Source: a bacterium
GTDB taxonomy: Bacteria > Patescibacteriota > Minisyncoccia > Minisyncoccales > UBA10102
Direction of reading: 5' to 3'
NCBI GenBank assembly: GCA_030647485.1
Contig: JAUSJT010000001.1
Coordinates: 76,947 to 140,946, forward strand
Length of the DNA: 64,000 nt
Shown one piece after another: positions 40,948 to 50,437 of this stretch. Below the pieces are notes generated by a model, which was not told where the DNA came from, did no database searches, and worked only from the letters and a program-made list of their open reading frames with translations. How positions within the stretch are numbered: the stretch's first letter is position 1; each line of letters opens with the position of its first letter. Made by a program: the position numbers and the translations under genes.

Positions 40948-40972
40948 CTTATAAAATGATACACTCAATGCT

Positions 40973-41338
40973 ATGCGGCAGATACAGAGAAGAATTTCTC
41001 GCGTTGGAGTCCATGTCATAGCCGATTTCTGGGGCGGGAGAGTTATTAAAAGTACGCGAGAGTTGAAAACCCTTCTCGCAAGAGCCGCAAAAAAAGGGGA
41101 GAATACTCCTTTGAAATTCGCCCTACACAAGTTTTCTCCGCAGGGCATCACAGGAGTCGTGCTCCTGGCGGAATCGCACATTGCTCTCCATACGTGGCCG
41201 GAGTTTAAATATACCGCAATAGACATTTTTACATGCGGTAAAAAATCAAAGCCCGAGGAAGCGCTCAAATTTCTCCAAGGAGAGCTTCGGCCCAAGCGGA
41301 TGCAGGTTAGAAAGATAAAACGGGGGAATGCATTGTAA
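40973..41338 (+). CDS. speH: S-adenosylmethionine decarboxylase proenzyme (small, SpeH-type)
   Basis: 121 aa. Self-processing site context VLLAESHIALHTWPE and DIFTCG. Confidence 0.9.
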   Translation: MRQIQRRISRVGVHVIADFWGGRVIKSTRELKTLLARAAKKGENTPLKFALHKFSPQGITGVVLLAESHIALHTWPEFKYTAIDIFTCGKKSKPEEALKFLQGELRPKRMQVRKIKRGNAL

Positions 41339-41355
41339 TATAAAGAGTTTCTCGC

Positions 41356-43782
41356 ATGGCCTTTTTAGAAAAGATATTTGGGGGTGGGCAAGACCACTTT
41401 GCAAAGAAAGTTGCAGGTTCTGTCAAGAACATCAACGCTTTAGAACTTGATACGCAGGCGAGGTCTCTTGACGCTCTCAAAGAAAAAACACAAGAGCTTA
41501 AAGATCGTCTCGGCAAGGGAGAATCGCTAGTTGAACTCTTAGAGGAGGCTTTCGCGCTAGTGCGTGAATCGTCCAGAAGAACGCTGGGGCAGCGGCATTT
41601 TGATGTGCAGCTCATGGGAGGCATTGCTTTGCACCAGGGCAAGATAGCAGAAATGCGCACAGGAGAAGGGAAAACACTTGTGGCAACGCTAGCTGCATAT
41701 CTTAACGCCTTGGAGGGGAAGGGAGTGCATATAGTAACCGTGAACGATTATCTTGCAAAGAGAGACACCGTGTGGATGGGACAAATTTATTATGCTTTGG
41801 GTTTGAGCGTGGGATGCATTACGCATGACTCTTCCTATATATATGACCCTAGCGTGCAGGCGGGAGGGGCCCAAGACAGAGAACGCGACATAGTGGGAGG
41901 ATTCAAAGTAGTAGAGAGTTATCTAAAGCTTGTTACGAGGAAAGAGGCGTATGTCGCAGATATTACCTATGGCACGAACAACGAGTTTGGGTTTGACTAT
42001 TTGAGAGATAACATGGCGTATGATCTGAACGCCCAAACCCAGCGAGGGCAGCACTTTGCCATTATTGACGAGGTAGACTCCATTCTTATTGACGAGGCGC
42101 GCACCCCTTTGATTATTTCCGCTCCAGACCAAGAATCCTCTGATTGGTACAAAGATTTCGCAAGAATTATTCCGCGCCTGGGGACAGAGGGGGATTATGA
42201 GAAAGATGAGAAATTAAAAACGGTAACCCTCACCGAATCTGGCATTGATAAGGTGGAACATTTGCTTGGATTAAAGGATATATATGAGGAGAGGGGAATC
42301 AAATATCTTCATCACTTAGAGCAGGCTCTGAAAGCCCAGGTTCTGTTTGAGAGAGACAAAGATTATGTTGTGAAAGACGGACAGGTAGTTATTGTAGACG
42401 AGTTTACCGGCAGGATGCTCCCGGGGCGCAGATACTCTGGGGGATTGCATCAGGCGCTTGAAGCGAAAGAAGGGGTGCGCGTTCAGCCCGAATCGCTGAC
42501 CCTAGCTTCCATTAGCTTTCAGAACTATTTTCGCTTATACGCAAAGCTAGCGGGAATGACCGGAACCGCCCAGACTTCCGCGGAAGAATTCTTTAAGGTG
42601 TATGGGCTGGAAGTGGTAAGCGTTCCTACGAATAAACCCATGGCTAGACAGGATATCCCAGATAAGGTGTATCAGACAGAAAAAGCAAAGTTTCAGGCAT
42701 TGGCAAAAGAAGTTGCCACGCGCCATGCGCAGGGCCAGCCCGTTCTTGTGGGAACTGTTTCTATCCAAAAGAATGAATATCTAAGCGCTTTACTCAAGAC
42801 CGAAGGAATTCCGCATGAAGTTTTGAATGCGAAGGCGCATGAGCGGGAAGGAGAGATTATTGCGCAAGCAGGTAGAAAAGACGCTGTCACCATTGCTACG
42901 AATATGGCAGGCCGAGGAGTGGATATCATCTTGGGCGGGAATCCTTCTTTACCCGACGAAGCGAATGCAGTTCGCGAAGTCGGTGGTCTTTATGTGATTG
43001 GAACGGAGCGCCATGAAGCAAGGAGAATAGATAACCAACTGCGAGGGAGGGCAGGAAGACAAGGGGATCCTGGATCTTCGCAGTTTTTCCTTTCCTTGGA
43101 TGACGACCTCATTCGGATTTTTGGAGGAGAAAAGATGCAGCACATGATGAAAGGTTTTCATATCCCAGAAGACCAGCCCATTGAGTCAAAACTCGTCTCC
43201 TCTGCTATTGAATCTGCACAGGGGAAAGTGGAGGGATTCAACTTTGACGCGAGAAAGCACTTATTGGATTACGATGACGTGCTGAATAAGCACCGGGAGG
43301 TGATGTATAAAAAGCGAAAGGAGGTATTGGAGAAATCTCAAAGTTCAAGCCTTAAGGGTCAACTTTTAGAGATTATTGAGAAGGCAGGACATACAAAAGA
43401 AGAGTATGAAAAAAAAGAACAAGAGTTAGGGCCGGAGAATATGCGCCAGGCAGAGAAGCTTGTATGTCTGCGCGTTATTGATTCTTTATGGATTGAACAT
43501 TTGGAGAACATGGAGCAGCTTCGAGATTCTGTGCGATTGCGTGCATACGGCCAGCAAGATCCTCTCGTAGAGTATAAAAATGAAGGGCATAGAATGTTTA
43601 AGAGTCTTTTGGAGCATATTGATGTGTTAATAGCCCAGTCCATATTTGGAGTGCGTATGACGACGCAGGCTCAACCTGCTCCGACTCAGGTTATTTCAAG
43701 CAATGAGCCGAAGGCTGGGAGAAACGACCCGTGTCCCTGTGGAAGCGGTAAGAAATATAAGCGCTGTCATGGGAATAATTAA
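41356..43782 (+). CDS. secA: Preprotein translocase ATPase SecA
   Basis: 808 aa. [13 protein letters not shown] Walker [19 protein letters not shown], and C-terminal zinc motif [14 protein letters not shown]. Confidence 0.97.
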   Translation: MAFLEKIFGGGQDHFAKKVAGSVKNINALELDTQARSLDALKEKTQELKDRLGKGESLVELLEEAFALVRESSRRTLGQRHFDVQLMGGIALHQGKIAEMRTGEGKTLVATLAAYLNALEGKGVHIVTVNDYLAKRDTVWMGQIYYALGLSVGCITHDSSYIYDPSVQAGGAQDRERDIVGGFKVVESYLKLVTRKEAYVADITYGTNNEFGFDYLRDNMAYDLNAQTQRGQHFAIIDEVDSILIDEARTPLIISAPDQESSDWYKDFARIIPRLGTEGDYEKDEKLKTVTLTESGIDKVEHLLGLKDIYEERGIKYLHHLEQALKAQVLFERDKDYVVKDGQVVIVDEFTGRMLPGRRYSGGLHQALEAKEGVRVQPESLTLASISFQNYFRLYAKLAGMTGTAQTSAEEFFKVYGLEVVSVPTNKPMARQDIPDKVYQTEKAKFQALAKEVATRHAQGQPVLVGTVSIQKNEYLSALLKTEGIPHEVLNAKAHEREGEIIAQAGRKDAVTIATNMAGRGVDIILGGNPSLPDEANAVREVGGLYVIGTERHEARRIDNQLRGRAGRQGDPGSSQFFLSLDDDLIRIFGGEKMQHMMKGFHIPEDQPIESKLVSSAIESAQGKVEGFNFDARKHLLDYDDVLNKHREVMYKKRKEVLEKSQSSSLKGQLLEIIEKAGHTKEEYEKKEQELGPENMRQAEKLVCLRVIDSLWIEHLENMEQLRDSVRLRAYGQQDPLVEYKNEGHRMFKSLLEHIDVLIAQSIFGVRMTTQAQPAPTQVISSNEPKAGRNDPCPCGSGKKYKRCHGNN

Positions 43783-43799
43783 ATCTATATGATTTCATT

Positions 43800-43925
43800 A
43801 TGAGGAAAATAAAAATTAAACCTAAAGAAGAGGCGATTGCAGCTGTTTTAAAAGCAGAACAAGAAGTTCGCCGGGGCAGAATGCTCAAGGGAGATTTAAG
43901 GAAACTGGCACGCAAAATGCCTTAA
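43800..43925 (+). CDS. Small antitoxin-like ORF (41 aa)
   Basis: MRKIKIKPKEEAIAAVLKAEQEVRRGRMLKGDLRKLARKMP. Sits directly before a RelE/ParE-like N-terminal remnant. Weak support. Confidence 0.3.
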   Translation: MRKIKIKPKEEAIAAVLKAEQEVRRGRMLKGDLRKLARKMP

Positions 43926-43929
43926 CGGT

Positions 43930-43995
43930 ATGGACGTATCATACGCCCCAACGTTCGTGCGCCAGTTTAAGGCATTGGAGAAAAATCTCCAGTAG
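43930..43995 (+). pseudogene. Truncated RelE/ParE-like toxin remnant
   Basis: MDVSYAPTFVRQFKALEKNLQ then TAG. This resembles the N-terminus of RelE/ParE toxins (..F.K.LKKL....Q), and the rest of the gene is absent or degraded. Confidence 0.35.
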
Positions 43996-44068
43996 AAGAT
44001 CACGATATCTACTCAATGTGAGCTCGGGGAGTTGTAAAAAAGAACGAGTTCTGGTAGCATAGATATCT

Positions 44069-45418
44069 ATGAGAAAGAAACGGGTATACCTTATCATTCT
44101 TGCTCTCATAATTTTGGGCGCGAGCTCTGCCATTTTTGTATACCCCCAGTATATCAACGGTCTTTTAGGAAAGGTTGGGATTATACCTCCTTTTATTCGC
44201 ATTCCCGAGGTTCCTTTCCAACTCGGCCTGGATCTTCAGGGGGGCATGCATTTAGTGTACCAGGCAGACCTTTCCCAAATTCAGAGCGTAGAGTATGACT
44301 CTGCGATGGCAGGGTTGCGGGATGTCATTGAACGGAGAGTCAACCTATTCGGGGTCAAGGAACCTCTGGTGCAGACAGAGGGATCAGGGGGCGAGCAACG
44401 GTTAATTGTTGAGCTTGCCGGAGTTTTGGATTTTCAAGAAGCAGCCCGGCTCATTGGTCAGACTCCGTATCTTGAGTTCGCAGAGCAGAAAGAGAACTAC
44501 GAAGAGGTTATAGCAAACAATCAAAAGGTTATTGAAGCTCAAGAAGGGAATCTTGAGAATCCCTTTGCCTCCACTCCTTTAACAGGAAGGTATTTGGAAC
44601 GGGCCGAGCTTTCATTTGATTCCATTACTCAAGAATCTCAAGTTCAGCTCCAGTTTGACGAAGAAGGCGCGAAGCTCTTTGAAGAGTTGACTACAAAGAA
44701 CGTGAGTCGTCCCCTGGCTATATTTTTGGACGGCCAGCTTCTTTCAGCCCCTATTGTCCAAGAGCCCATTTCAGGAGGAAAGGCCCAGATTACAGGGCAG
44801 TTTTCAGTAGAGGAAGCGCGTCAAATCGTGCGGGACTTGAATGCGGGAGCCCTTCCCGTGCCCATTTCTCTTCTTTCCCAACAGAATGTGGGGGCAACTC
44901 TTGGGCATGATTCTTTGGTGAAGAGCTTGAACGCCGGGGCCATAGGATTTTTAGGCGTTATTCTGTTCATGATCATGATGTATCGTGTGCCAGGGCTTTT
45001 TGCGTGTTTTGCGCTTTTATTGTACCTTATGCTCCTTCTCGCACTATTCAAAATTATCCCCGTCACCTTAACGCTGGCTGGAATCGCAGGGGTTATCTTA
45101 TCTGTTGGTATGGCAGTGGATGCAAACGTACTTATCTTTTCCAGAATGAGGGAAGAATTGCGGGAAGGAAAGAGTTTCCTTGTTGCCATGGAAGAGGGAT
45201 TTATACGAGCATGGCCTTCTATTCGAGACGGGAACCTTACCACCTTGTTTGTTTCTTTAATTCTATTCTGGTTTGGTTCTTCTTTCGTGCAGGGTTTTGC
45301 TTTGACACTCTCTTTGGGAATAGTTCTAAGCATGTTTTCTGGCATTGTCGTGACAAGGAATTTGATGCGGATGTTCGCGGGAACATTCTTTGAAAAACTC
45401 ACATGGTTGTGGAAATGA
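44069..45418 (+). CDS. secD: Protein-export membrane protein SecD
   Basis: 449 aa. LGLDLQGG motif, periplasmic domain and C-terminal six-helix bundle (GIAGVILSVGMAVDANVLIFSRMREE). Confidence 0.92.
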   Translation: MRKKRVYLIILALIILGASSAIFVYPQYINGLLGKVGIIPPFIRIPEVPFQLGLDLQGGMHLVYQADLSQIQSVEYDSAMAGLRDVIERRVNLFGVKEPLVQTEGSGGEQRLIVELAGVLDFQEAARLIGQTPYLEFAEQKENYEEVIANNQKVIEAQEGNLENPFASTPLTGRYLERAELSFDSITQESQVQLQFDEEGAKLFEELTTKNVSRPLAIFLDGQLLSAPIVQEPISGGKAQITGQFSVEEARQIVRDLNAGALPVPISLLSQQNVGATLGHDSLVKSLNAGAIGFLGVILFMIMMYRVPGLFACFALLLYLMLLLALFKIIPVTLTLAGIAGVILSVGMAVDANVLIFSRMREELREGKSFLVAMEEGFIRAWPSIRDGNLTTLFVSLILFWFGSSFVQGFALTLSLGIVLSMFSGIVVTRNLMRMFAGTFFEKLTWLWK

Positions 45419-46269
45419 AAAATATTTTTGCTTTCATCGCAATACTTTTTGTGGTTGCGGCCTGTACGAGCTTGTTGCTGTTTGGGTTGCGCTTTGGCAT
45501 TGATTTTACGGGAGGCACTATATTGGAAGCAGAATACAAAGAGAGCAGACCTTCCATGGATGAAATTTCAACATCTCTGCAGAACGCGGGGATTGCGTCG
45601 TTTACCGTACAACCCCTTGGAGAAAAGGGTATAGTGGTGCGCCTCAAGGAAATTCCTCAAGAAACTCATGCTCTCATACTGGAAAAACTTGGAGATCAAG
45701 CGCAGGAAAACCGTTTTGAAACTATAGGCCCTGTGATAGGGAAGGAACTCCGGTCTAAAACCGTATGGTTTACAATCCTTTCTCTTCTTCTTATCGTTGG
45801 ATATATCGGGCTTGCTTTCCGAAGAACAGTTGAATACATGAAGTCGTGGCAATGGAGCGTTGCAGCTTTAATTTCGCTTTCCCATAATCTTCTTATCCCT
45901 TTGGGCGTCCTTGCCATTCTGGGAAAGTTCCAGGGAGTTGAGGTGGACATTCCTATTGTGGTTGCGCTTTTAACTGTGGTGGGGTATTCAATCAACGATA
46001 CGATTGTGGTATTTGACCGGATACGGGAGAATTTGGTGCGCCATCGCGGCGTTGATTTTGAAGACACGGTTCAGAGAAGCATCCGAGAGACTTTTGCACG
46101 GTCTTTCAATACGGGCTTTGCAACCATTCTGACGCTTTTGGCAATTGTATTTTTTGGAGGGGAAACGCTCCGGCTTTTCTCACTCATCCTTATTATAGGG
46201 ATTGTTGCGGGAACGTATGCTTCGCTTTTCTTTGCTCCTTGGGTTCTCAAGGTATTGCGAAAGAGTTGA
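45415..46269 (+). CDS. secF: Protein-export membrane protein SecF
   Basis: ATGA overlap with the secD stop. GIDFTGGT motif and VVGYSINDTIVVFDRIREN. Confidence 0.92.
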   Translation: MKNIFAFIAILFVVAACTSLLLFGLRFGIDFTGGTILEAEYKESRPSMDEISTSLQNAGIASFTVQPLGEKGIVVRLKEIPQETHALILEKLGDQAQENRFETIGPVIGKELRSKTVWFTILSLLLIVGYIGLAFRRTVEYMKSWQWSVAALISLSHNLLIPLGVLAILGKFQGVEVDIPIVVALLTVVGYSINDTIVVFDRIRENLVRHRGVDFEDTVQRSIRETFARSFNTGFATILTLLAIVFFGGETLRLFSLILIIGIVAGTYASLFFAPWVLKVLRKS

Positions 46270-46307
46270 CATTACTCTTTATCTATGGTTTCATATACTA
46301 ATACCCG

Positions 46308-47336
46308 ATGAATTTTGCATATCCTAAAGTTGCTTCCAGTTTAGTTTCAGGGCTGGGGTCTCGAGTCAGGGACATTGTCTCGAGGCGTTTTGGGTTGGCA
46401 CAGGAGAATCCCGAGACATTAGAGGCGATAGGTAGTGTGCATCACATTACGCGAGAACGGGTGCGCCAAATCGTTCAAGACACATTGCGTCAGATACGAG
46501 AAGAAATAGAGGCGGATAGAAGCAGCCAGGCGCATGGGGTATTTCAATATTTTAGCGATACTTTGAGACGGGCAGGCTCCATGAAGCGGGAAGATCTTCT
46601 TTGCGATATGCTGGGAGCGCGAGGAGCCGCAAACCCGGTGGTGTTTTTGCTTGTCGTAGGAGATGAGTTTTTTGATCATCGAGAGACCCAGGACTTCTAT
46701 TCGTTTTGGTCTTTGAAAAAGGAGATGGTGGAACGGGCTTCTGATTTTAACCAGAATCTTCTTTCGTTCTTTGAGAAGAAGGAAGCTCCCGTCCAGGAGG
46801 AAGAGATTGAGGCGTTGCCATATGATGTATTGCGCGGCAAGAGCTTGCTCTCATTTTTGGAGGCGTCAAAGCATATTATGCGCTCTTGGGACGGGAAGTG
46901 GGGATTGAGAACGTGGCCCGAGGTGAATCCAAGGGGCATTAGGGATAAGGCATACCTTGTGCTTAAGCGCTATGAAAAACCCCTGCATTTTACCAAAGTT
47001 TCCAAGCTCATTGAAGAATTCCAGGGGGAATTCCTGCAGAATAAGGAAAAAAGAGTGCTGCCCCAGACCGTGCATAATGAGCTTATTAAAGATGAGCGTT
47101 TTGTGCTTGTAGGACGGGGAACGTATGCTCTGTCTGATTGGGGGTATGAGCCAGGAACCGTAAAAGATGTTATTATGTCTTTATTGAGGGGGAACGGAGG
47201 AAGAATGGCAAAAGAGGACATTATGGAGAAGACGCTTTCCCAACGGCAGGTAAAAGAGAGCACCATTGAGCTTAACCTTCAAGATAAGAGCATGTTCTCT
47301 CGGGACCCTCAAGGCAGGTATTTTATTAAAGCGTAG
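46308..47336 (+). CDS. DNA-binding protein with an N-terminal sigma-70 region-4-like HTH and a C-terminal HARE-HTH-like domain
   Basis: ETLEAIGSVHHITRERVRQIVQDTLRQIRE (region 4 type). C-terminal RFVLVGRGTYALSDWGYEPGTVKDVI (HARE-HTH/RpoE-delta-like). Confidence 0.6.
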   Translation: MNFAYPKVASSLVSGLGSRVRDIVSRRFGLAQENPETLEAIGSVHHITRERVRQIVQDTLRQIREEIEADRSSQAHGVFQYFSDTLRRAGSMKREDLLCDMLGARGAANPVVFLLVVGDEFFDHRETQDFYSFWSLKKEMVERASDFNQNLLSFFEKKEAPVQEEEIEALPYDVLRGKSLLSFLEASKHIMRSWDGKWGLRTWPEVNPRGIRDKAYLVLKRYEKPLHFTKVSKLIEEFQGEFLQNKEKRVLPQTVHNELIKDERFVLVGRGTYALSDWGYEPGTVKDVIMSLLRGNGGRMAKEDIMEKTLSQRQVKESTIELNLQDKSMFSRDPQGRYFIKA

Positions 47337-47338
47337 AA

Positions 47339-48691
47339 ATGGTATCTCAAATACTTTTTCAATTTGCGGAAAGCTTCTGGGAGATACTCGGATTGATTCT
47401 TGGGCTTGTCCTGCGCTTTACAATAGCATGGTGGTGGCTGTTTTTGCCTTTTATTCTTTTCAGGCCCGCTATTTACTTCTGGATGTGGTGGAGGAATGAG
47501 ATTTTTTCTTCACAGCAACGATATATATATGTGGAACTCAAGATGCCCCAGGACGTGCAAAAGCCAATGAAGGCAATGGAGGACGTGTTCTCGGGCCTAT
47601 GGCAAATGCATGATCCCGCAAACCCAAGGGAAAAGTGGCTGGAGGGGAAGTACCAGCTGAACATATCCATTGAGATTGTCTCGACAGAGGGTGTTGTGCA
47701 TTTTTACATGAGAATCCCAGAGGGAGGCAAGCAGCTGCTGGAAGCGTCTATTTATTCGCATTATCCCACCGCGGAAATCCAGGTTGTGGAAGATTATACA
47801 AAGCAGATCCCCCAGGATATTCCCAATAAAGAATGGGAGCTTTGGGGCACAAGCTATATTCTAGAAAAGCCGAGTCCCTATCCCATTAAGACCTACTCAA
47901 AATTCTTTGAGCCAAGCCCCGAGGGAGAAGAAGAAAGGCGCATTGACCCCATGTCCCATCTTATTGAAGGGCTTTCAACTATTGGGAAAGGGGAGCATCT
48001 TTGGATTCAGCTTATTCTTTGGCCGGTTCTTCACACAGATCCCAATGAAAGCACTCTCGTGCAAGATGGAAACGATATTGTGGCAGAGCTGGTGAGAAGA
48101 AAGGTTCCCGCAAAGCCCGCGGGCGTATTCGGAGGTATTGAAAAAGACTTGGCGGCTGTGGGAACAACTCTTATGACAGGAAGCGTGCCCACGGCTGCTG
48201 AACAGGAACGGGAGATCTTTCCCCCTGAAATGAAGCTTACTCCTGGAGAAAGGGACATAGTGACCGCCATTGAAGAAAAAATAAGCAAGTATGCGTTTAA
48301 GGTTTCAGCGCGATTCATATATATTGCAAAGCGCGAGAATTACTTTGGCCCTGCAAAAGCCCTTCCCATGAGCTATTTTACCCAGTTCAGCACGGCAACA
48401 TACAATAACTTTCGTCCTATGAAAAGGACTCTCACTAAAACATATACCGTATTGACCTGGTTTCTTGATAAAAGGAGCGTCTTTGTGAAAAAGCGCCGCC
48501 TCTTGCGTCACTACTTAATGCATATCCCTCCGTTTTATCCTTACTCACCGCCAGGAGCGCGCTTTTACCTAAATATAGAAGAACTTGCCACTTTATTTCA
48601 TTTCCCAGGCAAAATGGTTGCTCCTTCTGTTTCAGTCCCTCGCGTGGAGTCAAAGAAAGGAGAAGCGCCTCCGGGCTTGCCTACAGAGTAA
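47339..48691 (+). CDS. Hypothetical membrane protein (two N-terminal TM helices plus ~380-aa soluble domain)
   Basis: 450 aa. Starts 2 nt after the previous stop and ends 6 nt before the ATPase gene. No recognised motif. Confidence 0.7.
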   Translation: MVSQILFQFAESFWEILGLILGLVLRFTIAWWWLFLPFILFRPAIYFWMWWRNEIFSSQQRYIYVELKMPQDVQKPMKAMEDVFSGLWQMHDPANPREKWLEGKYQLNISIEIVSTEGVVHFYMRIPEGGKQLLEASIYSHYPTAEIQVVEDYTKQIPQDIPNKEWELWGTSYILEKPSPYPIKTYSKFFEPSPEGEEERRIDPMSHLIEGLSTIGKGEHLWIQLILWPVLHTDPNESTLVQDGNDIVAELVRRKVPAKPAGVFGGIEKDLAAVGTTLMTGSVPTAAEQEREIFPPEMKLTPGERDIVTAIEEKISKYAFKVSARFIYIAKRENYFGPAKALPMSYFTQFSTATYNNFRPMKRTLTKTYTVLTWFLDKRSVFVKKRRLLRHYLMHIPPFYPYSPPGARFYLNIEELATLFHFPGKMVAPSVSVPRVESKKGEAPPGLPTE

Positions 48692-48697
48692 TTATGT

Positions 48698-50437
48698 ATG
48701 AGCGAAATCAATTTTTTTGGAGTAACAAATTTCAGAAACACCGCGAAGAAGTTTGGGATTAAGTTGGACGACCGGCGCCGCCATTTTTATTCTGTGGGGA
48801 AAACGGGCATGGGCAAGACGGAAATGCTAAAGAACATGGCCATACAGGATATTCAGGGAGGCAACGGCATGGGATTTATAGACCCTCACGGGGAAGCCGC
48901 AGAAGACCTTCTCCATTTTGTTCCTTCCTCAAGGGTTAACGATGTTATCTATTTTAACCCCGCAGACACCGATTATCCCATTGCGTTCAACGTAATGGAA
49001 AAGGTGGATCCTGAACACCGCCACCTGGTTGCTTCGGGGTTAATGTCCGTATTCAAGAAGGTATGGCCTGATGTGTGGTCTGCCCGCATGGAATACATTT
49101 TGAATAATGCGATTTTAGCTTTATTGGAATATCCCGGGTCTACCTTGTTGGGCATTAACCGCATGCTTTCTGACGTGGCATACCGGGCAAAAGTGGTAGA
49201 AAAGATTTCAGATCCCGTGGTAAAGGCGTTCTGGACCCAAGAGTATGCCAGGTATACCCAGAGATACGAAGTGGAAGCAACCGCGGCCATTCAAAACAAG
49301 GTTGGCCAGTTTATCTCCAATCCTCTCATACGCAATATCGTGGGGCAGACCAAGTCTTCTATTGATATGCGCGAGGTCATGGACGGGGGAAAGATCTTAA
49401 TTCTCAACTTGGCAAAAGGAAGAATAGGGGAGGATAACTCGCGTTTGCTTGGCGCTATGCTGGTCACCAAATTGCAGCTGGCTGCCATGTCACGCGTTGA
49501 CATCCCAGAGGAAGAAAGAAGAGATTTCTTTCTATACATAGACGAGTTTCAAAACTTTGCTTCAGATTCCTTTGTGAACATTTTGTCTGAAGCGAGAAAG
49601 TATCGCCTAGCTCTCATATTGAGCCATCAGTATGTGGCTCAATTGGGGATAGGGGTAGAAACAAAAGTGAAAGATGCCGTTTTTGGAAACGTAGGCACCA
49701 TGGTTATATTCCGCGTAGGGGCAGAAGATGCGGAATTTCTTGAACTGGAATTTACCCCAGATTTTATTGCCGAAGATTTTGTGAATCTGGGAAAGTACAA
49801 CATCTACGTGAAGCTTATGATAGACGGTATTGCAGGGCGCCCCTTTTCTGCGCTGACCCTTCCTCCCATTGTATTCCCATACGAGAATCCTGAAGATTCT
49901 CCGAAAGAAACCATTATCAAGGTTTCGCGAGAGCGGTATAGCATGCCCCGCGCGTTCGTGGAAGACAAGATTGCAGTATGGACTGAAGCTGATCAGCCAG
50001 CAACTCCGGGGCAGGCAGGGTCACGGGCAGTTTCGCCCCAGGCGCAAACCCAGACGCTTTATGACGCCAGATGCTCTAGTTGCGGGAAGGATACCAAGGT
50101 GGTGTTTCCTCCAGACGGGAAGCGCCCCGTATACTGCAAGTCGTGCAGAACTAAGTTAAAAAATGCGAACCCGGCTCCGATTGCGCCCAAAGAAGCTCCG
50201 CAGCAAAAACAGGAGGTTATTTCTGCTCCTACTATTGTAGCGAAAGAGATTTCTTTGAAAGAAGCGTTGGAAAAAGGGCCTACCCTTTTTTATCATGCCA
50301 ACAGGAATAAACAGGGAGAGGTCAAAAGAATAGAAGTAGATAAAGAAGCGCTCAAGAAGGCGCTCGGAAAGGCGCTCGGAGAAAACAATAAAACAAAGAA
50401 AGGGCAGCTTCATCCCGGAGAAACAGTGTACTTTTAA
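48698..50437 (+). CDS. VirD4/TraG/HerA-like P-loop ATPase (T4SS coupling-protein-like) with C-terminal CxxC-x17-CxxC zinc ribbon
   Basis: Walker A GKTGMGKT. Walker B FFLYIDEFQNF. ILSHQY. C-terminal CSSCGKDTKVVFPPDGKRPVYCKSC and a Lys-rich tail. Confidence 0.75.
   Translation: MSEINFFGVTNFRNTAKKFGIKLDDRRRHFYSVGKTGMGKTEMLKNMAIQDIQGGNGMGFIDPHGEAAEDLLHFVPSSRVNDVIYFNPADTDYPIAFNVMEKVDPEHRHLVASGLMSVFKKVWPDVWSARMEYILNNAILALLEYPGSTLLGINRMLSDVAYRAKVVEKISDPVVKAFWTQEYARYTQRYEVEATAAIQNKVGQFISNPLIRNIVGQTKSSIDMREVMDGGKILILNLAKGRIGEDNSRLLGAMLVTKLQLAAMSRVDIPEEERRDFFLYIDEFQNFASDSFVNILSEARKYRLALILSHQYVAQLGIGVETKVKDAVFGNVGTMVIFRVGAEDAEFLELEFTPDFIAEDFVNLGKYNIYVKLMIDGIAGRPFSALTLPPIVFPYENPEDSPKETIIKVSRERYSMPRAFVEDKIAVWTEADQPATPGQAGSRAVSPQAQTQTLYDARCSSCGKDTKVVFPPDGKRPVYCKSCRTKLKNANPAPIAPKEAPQQKQEVISAPTIVAKEISLKEALEKGPTLFYHANRNKQGEVKRIEVDKEALKKALGKALGENNKTKKGQLHPGETVYF

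Noticed and set aside
40687-41295. 202-aa minus-strand ORF overlapping speH
   Set aside because: The + strand ORF has the unmistakable AdoMetDC self-processing motif (LAESHIALHTWPE). The minus ORF also runs through the terminator hairpins and has no recognisable features.
44821-45402. 193-aa minus-strand ORF inside secD
   Set aside because: It is antisense to the highly conserved SecD C-terminal membrane domain.
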